From an uncultured Methanosarcinales archaeon (GTDB lineage Archaea > Nanobdellota > Nanobdellia > Woesearchaeales > GW2011-AR9): 64,000 nucleotides of DNA. Position numbers and translations under genes: made by a program. This document shows, piece by piece, positions 19,845 through 29,293 of this stretch. Below the pieces are notes generated by a model. The model made no database searches, was not told where the DNA came from, and worked only from the letters and a program-made list of their open reading frames with translations. The stretch lies in contig CAZGQD010000005.1 of assembly GCA_964527395.1 (NCBI GenBank), positions 6,524 through 70,523 on the forward strand, written 5' to 3'. The number at the start of each line of letters is the position of its first letter. Position 1 is the first letter of the stretch.

Positions 19845-22800
19845 AAACCTACTGTAAACTATTAGGTGGATGACTTGGCTCAAGCGCCGATGAAGGACGT
19901 GGCAAGCGACGATATGCCTAGGCGAGCCGAAAGCAGGCTTTGAACCTAGGATTTCCGAATAAGACATCTGTTTAAGCCCATTAGGGCTAGGGAACGCAGG
20001 GAATTGAAGCGTCTTAGTACCTGCAGGAAAAGAAAGCAATAGCGATGCTGTGATTAAGAGCGACTGAAAGCAGCACAGTTCAAACTGAATCCTATGCAGT
20101 AATGCATAGGAGATGTGGTGTTGAGGACTTTCTTTTAGACCGTTTTTTTGACTTGAAATTTTTTGGAAAATTATACCTTAGAGGGTGATAGTCCCGTAAA
20201 GGAAGAGAAAATGGTTTTGGAAGTATCCTGAGTAGTGTCTCCTGGAAACGAGGCATGAATGTGGGGCGCACTAAGCCCCAAAACTAAATACGTCTTGAGT
20301 CCGATAGCAAACGAGTACCGTGAGGGAATGTTGAAAAGTACCCGTAAAAGGGAGTTAAAAGACCTGAAACCTAATAGTGATAGAGTGGTAGTGCCTTTCG
20401 AGGTTCTACCGTTCGTTTTGAATAACGTGCCAGGGAGTGTATCTATGTGGCAAGGAGGAATCCGCAGCGAAAGCGAGATCCCGCAACTTGTGAGGGGAGT
20501 GGTATGAAAGTGCCATAAGTCACGTGGATACGACCTGAAACCGGTCGATCTATTCTTGGGCAAGGTGAAGTGGGGGTAAGACCCCATGGAGGCCTGAAGG
20601 AGTTCTGTGTGCAAGCGTTTCTCTGACCTGAGAATAGGGGTGAAAAGCCAATCGAGATCGGCGATAGCAGGTTCCTAATGAAATTGACCTTAGTCAAGTC
20701 TTGTATGAGAGTGAATAGGTTGTAGAGATACGGATTGGGGGTTTTGGCGGGGAAACCTGTCGGCCTCCTGTCCAACTCCAAATGCCTATTCCTTGTAGAA
20801 TACAGGAAACAGGGAGTCTTGGGGTAAACTTGACTTCCGAGAGGGGAACAACCCAGACTATGGTTAAGGCCCCTAAGTGTCAGCTAAGTGATAAAGGGTA
20901 AACGGTGTCCGTGATCTTAGACAGCGAGGAGGTTGGCTTAGAAGCAGCCATCCTTTAAAAAGTGCGTAACAGCTTACTCGTTGAGTTCGTAAGCCTCGAA
21001 GATTGACGGGTCTAAGTTAGCTGCCGATACCATAGACCACGATAAGTGGGTGTAATTAGGCGTTCTGTTAGGGTAGAAGGAAGTGTGTGAGCATTTTTGG
21101 ACCTTGCAGAAATGAAAATCCTGGTGAGAGTAGGAACAGAGCAAAGTGAGATTCTTTGTCGTCGTAAGGGCAAGGGTTCCTTGGCAATGAACATCAGCCA
21201 AGGGTTAGTCAGTCCTAAGGAATTCCGTAACCGGATAATCCGATAGGGAAACAGGTTAATATTCCTGTACTATTTTTGTATATGTGGTGACACAAGGTCA
21301 TCTTTCTGACACTTTGGGATATGCGTTGGAGTTTTATCTGACTCTTTAATTAGGATAAGTCAATGGAGTACCGTAACGGTGAGAAGTTGAGTAAAACTAA
21401 GAATAGTGGGCCTATGGTCCATTTCGCAGATTCCTGGAGTCCATGAAAAGGGAAGTGACATAAATCAAAAATAACTGTACCCAGAACCAGCACTGGTGCC
21501 CCTAGGTGAGAAGCCTAAGACGTGCAAGAGTAATCCATCTAAGGGAATTCGGCAAATTAGTCCCGTAGCTTCGGTTGAAGGGATCCCTGGACTCGTCCTT
21601 TAGGGAGCGAGTTCAGGGCGCAGTGACTAGGGTGGTCCGACTGTTTACCAAAAACAAAACATCCTGCTAGTCGGAAACGATGTGTATAGGATGTGATACC
21701 TGCCCAGTGCGAGTACTTTAAGCCTCGTTTCAACGGGGTGAAGAGCTTGTAAACGGCGGGAGTAACTATAACTCTCTTAAGGTAAGCACTTTCGTTGCTT
21801 TAAGATCCATAGTAAACAGATCGGTTATACTAAAGAAGAATGGAATAAAAATTTGGCTATATGCTGGAAAGTCTGAGTATATTATGATAGGATATTATCT
21901 TGGTGACAGGATAACGATCCCTAAAAATTCATAATTGCAGAAAATCAGCAGGAAAGATTTCTTTGAATTAATTATTTTAAATTTGTTTAAAGAAAAATCC
22001 TCAGAGACTACACGCCAAACACAATAAATTAGTAATTTTTTATTTGTGAAGATATAGTCCGACCTGTATAGCGATATACAGAGGTTAGCAGAAATGTCTA
22101 GCCCGCCATGAATTAATTTTGTGGTAAGTAAACTAATAATTAGTTGAAGTAACAGATGTGAGCGAAATGCCTTGTCGGTTGAATGCCGACCTGCATGAAT
22201 GGTATAACGAGATCGCCACTGTCCCTAGATGGAGTCTTCCGAACACTCCTTTCTGGTGCAAAGGCCAGAGATTTCCAGTGGGAAGCGAAGACCCCGTGAA
22301 ACTTTACTGTAGCCTGTCGCTGTGTTTTGAATTATGTTGTATAGCGTATGTGGGAGCTGTTTGAGGTTAATGACGTCAGTTAGTAACTGAGGCGCCAATG
22401 TAACACCACACTTTATGATTTAGAACACTTACGTGTTTAACACGGACAACGATTGGTGGACAGTTTGGCTGGGGTGGCACGCAGTTGAAAAGATATCAAT
22501 TGCGCCCAATGGTAGGCTCATACGGTTTAGAAATCCGTAGTAGAGTGCAAGGGCAAACGCCTGCCTGATTGAATTTTAAACATAACGAAATTCAAACACG
22601 AAAGTGTGGCCTAGCGAACTTCAATACTTTACTAGTGAGAGTTTGAAATGACTGAAAAGTTACTCCGGGGATAACTGAGTTGTCGCGCCCGAGAGTCCAT
22701 ATCGACGGCGCGGTTTGCTACTTCGATGTCGGCTCTTCCTATCCTGGCGGTGCAGAAGCTGCCAAGGGTGGGGGTGTTCACCCATTAAAAGGGATCGTGA

Positions 22801-23108
22801 GCTGGGTTCAGAACGCTGTGAGGCAGTTTGTTTGATATCTACTGGGAATGTTACAAATCTGATAGGAAGGAGTTCTTAGTACGAGAGGAACGGAACTTCG
22901 GAGCCACTGGTGGATCTGTTGTCTGATAAGGCACGCAGAGCAGCTACGCTCCAAGCGATAAGTGCTGAACGCATCTAAGCACGAAGCGTACCTAGAAAAG
23001 AGATTTGATGGGACACGGGAAAAAGACCCGTTTGATAGAAGTGCTGTGTACGGCTCGAGCTTCGGCGAGAGTTTTAGCAGGCACTCACTAACGTCCATAT
23101 TTGGTTTT
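19845..23108 (+). rRNA. 23S rRNA (ends +/-20 nt), interrupted by a 377-nt group I intron
   Basis: 5' ggtggatgacttggctcaagcgccgatgaaggacgtg. Domain IV ggcgggagtaactataactctcttaaggt|...|agcgaaatgccttgtcgg. gggataactgagttgtcgcgcccgagag. 3' region gctgaacgcatctaagcacgaagc. Confidence 0.9.
21784..22160 (+). ncRNA. group I self-splicing intron, ORF-less, inserted after the U equivalent to E. coli 23S U1931
   Basis: 5' exon ends in U and the intron ends in G. P1 pairs tcttaaggt(21775-83) with gctttaaga(21797-805) and has a terminal U.G pair. P10 pairs tttcgtt(21790-96) with agcgaaa(22161-67). P tgctggaaag 21862, Q aatcagcagg 21943, R tcagagactacacg 22001, S aagatatagtcc 22049. Confidence 0.85.
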
Positions 23109-23139
23109 TACATAACAAAACCTACTTATGATACTAAAC

Positions 23140-23156
23140 CATACGTACAAATAGCT
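23140..23156 (+). other. 3' strand of the pre-23S processing stem
   Basis: Complementary to 19687..19703 (17 bp, no mismatch). Confidence 0.7.
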
Positions 23157-23374
23157 TATTTTTTTTACCAATCCATTTTGCACTATTTTTTTTCTTTTTT
23201 TTTTTTCTTTTTAGAATAGTTAAAGTGATTTTTGATAGAGAGAATTATTGTAAATGATAAATTTAGAAGAGTGAGTTTTACGTCTATTGTTTTTGATTTA
23301 AAGTTCGGCTTTTAGAAAGAATAAATAAGAATTGTAACAAATAAAATAAGAATTTATTTTTAGATATTTTCATT

Positions 23375-24292
23375 TTATTGATTGTAAAAATCGTTAGGGT
23401 TTGTCATTTGTCTTGAAAAGAAATCGGATTCACTTATTACTACAGTTAGGTTTCTTCCAGATTTTAATTCAGTAGTTAAACATTGTTCTGTACCTGTTTT
23501 ACAAACTAAGTAAACCATACCTGCTGATTTTTCTCCCAATGTTGAACCTCTTGGATTTCCTGTTTCTGAGTCTAATGTAGGACCTTGGGAGCTTAAATAA
23601 GTCAATTTTTGTGGGCTAAGAACTAATGCTAAACCTTCGTCTTTGAAGTTCCATTTCTCACCGTTAAATTTTGGAGGTGTGATTGTTAAATCATTTCCAG
23701 TGTTGTTGTATAGTTGATTTAGTGATTCTTTTGGAGTTGTATATTCAGTAAGATTTCCTACTACTTCATCTGTTTCTAAGTCATAAGCTAATACTAATCC
23801 TTCGTTGAAATCAAATATGGTGTCTCCTGTTTTTATTGGTTTAGCAGGTTTTGCTTGTAAGTCACTTGAGCCAATGTCTTTAGGGTTATTAACAATGAAA
23901 TTTCCGTTTTTTGTTTCTACTAAGAAGTATCCATCTGCTCCATTTCCTCTAACATGACTTGAGGCAGCAAAAGTTACATTTGTTACACCAGGTGTGTTTC
24001 TTAATCTTTTTTCTAATTTAGGAGTGTAATCTCTTCCGTCTTCTCCTTGTTCTAGGCCACGGTTAGCTCTTGCTTGAGTGTTTGTAGCTACTTGAGTTAG
24101 AATTGCTTGATAATCAGGAGTTTGAGTTTCAGGTGCTTGAATAGTCATGTCTGGGAGAGTTACTGTTTCTTGTGAAGGTAAATTCATTTGTCCATTGTAA
24201 GGATCAGTTGTTGCAGCAGGTGCTTTATTTTTTGGACACCCAGCAAGTGTACTTAGGATTAAAGGTAATGTCATTAATGTTTTATTTGCCAT
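23375..24292 (-). CDS. putative lipoprotein, unknown function
   Basis: N-terminus MANKTLMTLPLILSTLAGC has a lipobox-like LAGC. The rest has no recognised motif. Confidence 0.5.
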   Translation of the reverse strand: MANKTLMTLPLILSTLAGCPKNKAPAATTDPYNGQMNLPSQETVTLPDMTIQAPETQTPDYQAILTQVATNTQARANRGLEQGEDGRDYTPKLEKRLRNTPGVTNVTFAASSHVRGNGADGYFLVETKNGNFIVNNPKDIGSSDLQAKPAKPIKTGDTIFDFNEGLVLAYDLETDEVVGNLTEYTTPKESLNQLYNNTGNDLTITPPKFNGEKWNFKDEGLALVLSPQKLTYLSSQGPTLDSETGNPRGSTLGEKSAGMVYLVCKTGTEQCLTTELKSGRNLTVVISESDFFSRQMTNPNDFYNQ

Positions 24293-24378
24293 ATATGCTC
24301 AAAAGTAGCTTTTCTTTATAAATGTCTCACTAATTAATCACTTTTAAGTAACTACTGATGAGTTTTGTGTTTTTTATC

Positions 24379-25164
24379 TTAGTTTTCAATAATAATTCCA
24401 TGCGGGCAATGATCTGATCCTTCTATCTCTTGCATGATAAAAGCATCTTTTAATTTAGATCTTAGTTCTTTTGTAATGAAAAAATAGTCAATTCGCCAGC
24501 CAACATTTCTTTCTCTAGCTCTAGTTCGCATAGACCACCAAGTATATTCTTCTGTTTTTTCTGGATGGAATTCTCTGAAGGTGTCTATGTATTTATGATC
24601 GATATATTTGTCCATCCAAGCTCTTTCTTCTGGTAGGAAACCACTTGTTTTTTCATTTTGTTTTGGTCTTGCTAAATCAATTTCTTTATGGGCAGTATTA
24701 TAATCGCCATTTATGATAATATGTTTGTTTTCAGTTATTCTTAAATTTTCAACATGTTCTAGATGGGCTTTATAATAGTCCATTTTGTATTTTAGTCTAA
24801 TGTCATCTCTTTTACCGTTAGGGAAGTATATGTTTAGTAAGATGAAATTATTGAAGTGGAGTTCAATCATTCTTCCTTCATCAAAGAATTCTTGTTCTGG
24901 CATACCTTTGATTACTTTGATTGGTTTGATTTTAGTAAATACAGCTACGCCACTATAGCCTTTACGTTTTGCTGAGTGCCAATAAGTGTGATAATGATGC
25001 ATTCTTAAGTCTTTGTCAACTTGATCAGGATGTGCTTTTGTTTCTTGGATGCAAATGATGTCAGGATCAATATCTAGAATTTTGTCAGCGAAACCTTTTC
25101 TCATTGCTGCTCTGATTCCGTTTACATTCCAAGATATGATTTTTAATTGATTTTTAGTTGTCAT
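24379..25164 (-). CDS. xth: exodeoxyribonuclease III / AP endonuclease
   Basis: LKIISWNVNGIRA, DIICIQETK, NGDYNTAH, WRIDYFF, SDHCP. Confidence 0.9.
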   Translation of the reverse strand: MTTKNQLKIISWNVNGIRAAMRKGFADKILDIDPDIICIQETKAHPDQVDKDLRMHHYHTYWHSAKRKGYSGVAVFTKIKPIKVIKGMPEQEFFDEGRMIELHFNNFILLNIYFPNGKRDDIRLKYKMDYYKAHLEHVENLRITENKHIIINGDYNTAHKEIDLARPKQNEKTSGFLPEERAWMDKYIDHKYIDTFREFHPEKTEEYTWWSMRTRARERNVGWRIDYFFITKELRSKLKDAFIMQEIEGSDHCPHGIIIEN

Positions 25165-25190
25165 GTTGGTTTGTTTGAAGTTTGTTTTGG

Positions 25191-25207
25191 TTAAAAAGCT
25201 TTTTATT
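25191..25207. promoter_or_regulatory. back-to-back divergent promoter core (near-palindrome TTAAAAAGCTTTTTATT)
   Basis: Centred on AGCT. Each half reads AAAGC-TTTTTA(A/T) toward a start codon 24-27 nt away (25164 on the minus strand, 25231 on the plus strand). Confidence 0.5.
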
Positions 25208-25230
25208 GTAGTGTTGTTTGTTTATTTGGT

Positions 25231-25839
25231 ATGGTAAAATATTTCCTTTTTGATTTAGATGGGACTTTGATAAATGTATCAATATATGCTGAAATATATC
25301 AAGATATTTTGAATATGATCTCTGAATCTAAGGGTATTTCTGGGGTAGAGTTATTTGCTAAGGCTGAGGAGAGTGGACTATTGTTGAATGAGTTTGGTAG
25401 ATATGATAGTGGTGAGTTGTGCAAAATATTTGGTCTGTTGGAAGAATATTATGCAGTTTTGAAGAGATCTGTTGCTGTTAAGAAGCGAGTGCATTCAGAT
25501 GCTCTTTTGGTTTTGTCGTCTTTAAAGGAGCGAGGTTTTATTGTTGCTGTTGTGTCAAATTCAATGAGACGTACGATATTGTCTTATTTGGAGAAATATT
25601 TATTGTTGGAATATGTAGATTTTATATTTTGTAGTGACGATGCTGGATGTAACAAAAATGATTCTTTGTTTTGGAAGAAACTTATTGATTCTAAGGGGCT
25701 TGATCCTAAGGATTGTGTTGTTGTTGGAGATAATAAATATGAAGACGTGAAAGTCCCTATAGAGTTTGGTTTTAATAGCTTTTATGTAGGAGAAGGTGGA
25801 AAGAGCTTGAAGGATGTTTTGGATTATTCTGAAGGATAG
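25231..25839 (+). CDS. HAD-superfamily hydrolase
   Basis: Motif I FDLDGTL, motif II VVSNS, motif IV VGDNKYED. Confidence 0.8.
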   Translation: MVKYFLFDLDGTLINVSIYAEIYQDILNMISESKGISGVELFAKAEESGLLLNEFGRYDSGELCKIFGLLEEYYAVLKRSVAVKKRVHSDALLVLSSLKERGFIVAVVSNSMRRTILSYLEKYLLLEYVDFIFCSDDAGCNKNDSLFWKKLIDSKGLDPKDCVVVGDNKYEDVKVPIEFGFNSFYVGEGGKSLKDVLDYSEG

Positions 25840-25874
25840 ATATTTTTATAAGTAGTGATCAATAAGGTATTTTT

Positions 25875-26435
25875 ATGGGATTAGAAGGATTAGTAAATGC
25901 TTTTGTAAATAATTGGAATAGTGTAAAGGTTATGTCACCGAGGTATGTTGAAGGTGTCATTGAAGCTTTAGATCCAGATTGCGATAAAACAGCTTATTCT
26001 GATTTAATTGGTGCTTTTGAAGAAGAAGGCCAGGTTCATTTAGTTCCTAGTTTTATTAGAGATAGAATGGGTCCTACAGTTAGACTTTCATATGAATCTT
26101 GTAGAGAAGCAGCACAAGTAGTTGCTTTTGAGGGATATCTTTTGGGAAGAGTAGCTCGTGAAAAATTGACAGGTGATCTAGAATCTTTTTTTGAAAATGG
26201 TTATCATGATCCAGATAGGGGACATCCTTTTGATGCGAAGGTTCATGATGTATCTTTTTTAGGATATTTTGCTCATGCAGCAACAGAATATTTTTTTCAT
26301 AGTAAAAATCAACCTTTGGCGGTAGTTGCTAAAGGTGTAGGTTATGTAGTTGGATTAGCAACTTTGCCTTTAGCAATTTTAGGAGGTTTGAGTGTAGATC
26401 CTGTTGATTACGATGTAATGAATTCTGGTTCTTAG
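25875..26435 (+). CDS. hypothetical protein
   Basis: 186-aa ORF with coding-like composition and a C-terminal hydrophobic segment. No motif recognised. Confidence 0.4.
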   Translation: MGLEGLVNAFVNNWNSVKVMSPRYVEGVIEALDPDCDKTAYSDLIGAFEEEGQVHLVPSFIRDRMGPTVRLSYESCREAAQVVAFEGYLLGRVAREKLTGDLESFFENGYHDPDRGHPFDAKVHDVSFLGYFAHAATEYFFHSKNQPLAVVAKGVGYVVGLATLPLAILGGLSVDPVDYDVMNSGS

Positions 26436-26449
26436 ATCAAGTAGTTTTT

Positions 26450-27331
26450 TTAGAGATATTTGATGCTATCTGAAATAATCAATGCTTTTTTTGTTGCTTT
26501 TACATCGTGGGTTCTGATGATTTTGGCACCGTTTTGTGTTGCTACTATTGCTGAAGAGAGACTGCCTTCCAATCTTTCTTGTTTTGCACCTGGGATTTGG
26601 TTTAGATTTAGAGCTTGTTTTGTGAGTTTGCCGATGAAAGACTTCCTGCTTGCTCCTATGAGGATTGGAAAGCCTAAGTTTTGAAATTCTTTGATATGTT
26701 TTAATATCTCTAAGTTGTGGGTAGTTGTTTTGCCAAAACCGATCCCAGGGTCTAGAATTATATTATTTGATTTTATGCCAGCTGCTATAGCTTTTATTGC
26801 TTGATTATTAAGATATTCTTTGATATGTCCTATAATGTTGTTGTTATATGTTTGGTCACTGATATTATTTTGCATGGTTTTTGGTGTTCCTAGCATATGC
26901 ATGATGATAACAGGTGCATTAGTTTCTTTTGCAACTTGAATCATCTCTTTGTTTCTAAGGCCAGTTACGTCGTTGATAATATTTGCGCCTGCCTCTATTG
27001 CTGCTTTTGTGACTTCTGGTTTCATTGAGTCAATTGAGATTAGGATATTAGGGTATTTTTGTCTTAATATTTTGATTATTGGGATTGTACGTTTCAGTTC
27101 TATTTCTTCTGGAACTGGATCTGAGAAAGGTTTTGTGGATTCTCCACCAATATCAATAATATCTGCACCGTTTTTGATCATTTTGGTTGCGTGAGTGATT
27201 GCTGATTCTACTGTATTGAATTGTCCACCATCGCTGAAGCTGTCTGGGGTGACGTTGAGAATGCCCATGATTAAGGTTTTTGGTTGGGAGAGGAGGGATT
27301 GGAGTTTTTGGTTCGCTGATTCTTGGTTCAT
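26450..27331 (-). CDS. folP: dihydropteroate synthase
   Basis: GILNVTPDSFSDGG, DIGGESTKP, INDVTG, DPGIGFGKT, GASRKSFIG. Confidence 0.9.
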   Translation of the reverse strand: MNQESANQKLQSLLSQPKTLIMGILNVTPDSFSDGGQFNTVESAITHATKMIKNGADIIDIGGESTKPFSDPVPEEIELKRTIPIIKILRQKYPNILISIDSMKPEVTKAAIEAGANIINDVTGLRNKEMIQVAKETNAPVIIMHMLGTPKTMQNNISDQTYNNNIIGHIKEYLNNQAIKAIAAGIKSNNIILDPGIGFGKTTTHNLEILKHIKEFQNLGFPILIGASRKSFIGKLTKQALNLNQIPGAKQERLEGSLSSAIVATQNGAKIIRTHDVKATKKALIISDSIKYL

Positions 27332-27396
27332 GAGGGTTTTTGGTGTTTTTTGTTTTTAAAGGTTCTTGCAAATATGTTATTTTTAGTTAATTTATC

Positions 27397-28110
27397 TTAG
27401 TTTTGTATTTTATATTGAGTTTTTTCTTCTTTTTCATAATTTAGATTCTCTTTTTTTTTGTTTTCCATATCAATTGTCCATATCTCTTTTTGTGTTTGAT
27501 AGATTACAAAGATTAAGGAAAGAAATGTGATTAGGCAGATCCAAGGTAATGTTTTAATTATATTATTTAAGTTTGAAAAATATATGATTGTGTTAATTAT
27601 TATGAAGCTAATTCTGATTTCTGTTGGGCCAATTCCATAAAAACTTATTTTAAATTCGTCTTTTACAGAGAAATAAAGGAAAGAGTTTATCATAAAGGCA
27701 GAGTAAATAGCAAATATACTAAAGAGCCAAAAATTAAATCCATTTGGAATTATAAATGCATACCCGATCATTATTGCAGAAAGAAAAATGAAATCTAGAA
27801 AATGATCCATGTAATATCCCCATCTTACTAAGCCAGTCTTACGGTATCTTCCAATAGCTCCGTCAAAAAGGTCAGTGATATATTGAAATAAAATTAGAAT
27901 TGAAATTGCCCAAATCCAAGATATTGAGTATTTTGTTAAATATGCGAAAATAATGATCAGTGTGCTCCAAACAATAGTTAATAATGTGAGGTGATATGTT
28001 TCAATGTATTTAGGTATGTGAGGAACTATTTTATCTCTAAATTTTATTTCATATTTCCCCAGAAATGATAGGCCTTTTTTTGTAGCACCATTGAAGTCTT
28101 CATTTGTCAT
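27397..28110 (-). CDS. CDP-alcohol phosphatidyltransferase family membrane protein
   Basis: DLFDGAIGRYRKTGLVRWGYYMDHFLDFIF fits D-x2-DG-x2-AR-x8-G-x3-D-x3-D. Multiple TM helices. Confidence 0.8.
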   Translation of the reverse strand: MTNEDFNGATKKGLSFLGKYEIKFRDKIVPHIPKYIETYHLTLLTIVWSTLIIIFAYLTKYSISWIWAISILILFQYITDLFDGAIGRYRKTGLVRWGYYMDHFLDFIFLSAIMIGYAFIIPNGFNFWLFSIFAIYSAFMINSFLYFSVKDEFKISFYGIGPTEIRISFIIINTIIYFSNLNNIIKTLPWICLITFLSLIFVIYQTQKEIWTIDMENKKKENLNYEKEEKTQYKIQN

Positions 28111-28198
28111 AATTAATTGGATAAGTATTCTTTTTGTTTTTAAAGGGTTTGGTCTTTTAAAATTGTGGTCATCTGCGAGTGATAAACTAAACGAACTA

Positions 28199-28206
28199 TT
28201 TATAAA
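28199..28206 (+). promoter_or_regulatory. TATA box for 28229..28969
   Basis: TTTATAAA lies 23 nt upstream of ATG 28229. This argues against the TTG start at 28091 in the ORF track. Confidence 0.5.
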
Positions 28207-28228
28207 TGAGGCTTCTTTTCAAGGCAAG

Positions 28229-28969
28229 ATGACTATAGTAATTGGTATTAAAACATTAGAAGGAGCAATTTTGGCAGCAGATTGTCAAATTACTAAAGGG
28301 TTTCGAATGGATCCAGATTTTCGTAATAAAATTCAAGCTATTGTAGGAAATTCATCAGAATTATATTTAGGCATGTCAGGTAGAGTAAATGGATTTTTTG
28401 AACACCGTTTATATCTAAGTGATTTTATTCGTGAAGTCACAGTAGAAGGTGATGATTCTTATATAGATGATATTGATAGTCCAAAAGTATTAGGTATAGA
28501 TGAGTCAGAAAATAGGAGATGTTCAAGTGAATCAAGAAGTTCAGGTAATTGGAAAGAAAGAGCAAGGCTAAATCGAATATGGGACATTTATAATGTAAGA
28601 AGATCAACAAGACTTACAGGAATAAGTTATGTTGGGCTAAGGAGATCTGAGTTAAAAGGAATAGGTTTGTTTACTATGATCAATGGTGAATATTCTTCTC
28701 GAGATGCTGTTTGTATTGGAAGTGGAAGAATTCATGTTGAAAGGGAACTTGAAATTTTATCGCAAATTCCAGGACATGATGATGGTTTATTATTTGTTTC
28801 AGAATTAATGGACGGAGTTCTTAAGGATTATTCAACATCTTTTGGAGGGTATACAATTTTGTCTGTAAAAGAAGAAGAGCGAACAAAATTTGCTTTTGAT
28901 CCGAATGCAAGGAGCTTAGAATTAAATTGTGTAAAATTTGAGACAGATGGCTTTCCTGAGGGTTATTGA
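28229..28969 (+). CDS. divergent proteasome beta-type Ntn hydrolase without propeptide
   Basis: MTIVIGIKTLEGAILAADCQITKG..RNKIQAI. Thr follows the initiator Met, and Asp17, Lys33 and a later GSG motif are in proteasome-beta positions. There is a ~70-aa charged insertion. Confidence 0.55.
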   Translation: MTIVIGIKTLEGAILAADCQITKGFRMDPDFRNKIQAIVGNSSELYLGMSGRVNGFFEHRLYLSDFIREVTVEGDDSYIDDIDSPKVLGIDESENRRCSSESRSSGNWKERARLNRIWDIYNVRRSTRLTGISYVGLRRSELKGIGLFTMINGEYSSRDAVCIGSGRIHVERELEILSQIPGHDDGLLFVSELMDGVLKDYSTSFGGYTILSVKEEERTKFAFDPNARSLELNCVKFETDGFPEGY

Positions 28970-28990
28970 TATTTCTAATTTTTTTTTGGC

Positions 28991-29156
28991 GTGCTATCAG
29001 ACTTTTCGAAATTGTAAGACAATTTCCAAACTCTCAACGCTTTGCTTATGAGGTTAGTGCAGGCGTGACCACTCGCTCTGAATTTTTCCACTTCGTAGAA
29101 AAATGCTCGTTAATATGATCTTGCTGTGAATGATATTGCCAGTGAAGGGATAGCAC
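28991..29156 (+). ncRNA. candidate structured RNA, family copy A (166 nt)
   Basis: Closing stem GTGCTATC/GATAGCAC. Conserved TCAGAC, GCAGGCGTGACCAC, AATGCTCGTT and TTGCCAGTGAAGGGA blocks are shared with 50217, 59592(-) and 63759. Inner hairpin ATTTTTC/GAAAAAT. Confidence 0.55.
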
Positions 29157-29293
29157 TGTGTGAGAAGTAGTCTTATTTTGAGTTTTATGGTGATTTTATT
29201 GATTTTGTTTATAGGTTTTTTAGTTTAGTAATGCTTATATATTGATTTAGTGCTTTTTTGCTTATTGAATTTGATTGTATTGAGGTGTTTATA

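Noticed and set aside
21784-22160. I tested whether the 23S insertion is a BHB (endonuclease-spliced) archaeal intron or carries a homing endonuclease.
   Set aside because: No 4-bp helix with staggered 3-nt bulges can be drawn at either allowed junction. P1/P10 and the P-Q-R-S elements fit a group I ribozyme instead. There is no ORF of useful length inside.
28091-28228. Long N-terminal extensions in ORF-track entries that begin at TTG or GTG (28091, 29258, 30079, 45668, 50499, 52610, 62287, 13218).
   Set aside because: Internal ATG (or GTG) codons sit ~23-30 nt downstream of TATA boxes, and the extensions overlap neighbouring genes or promoters or lack coding character.
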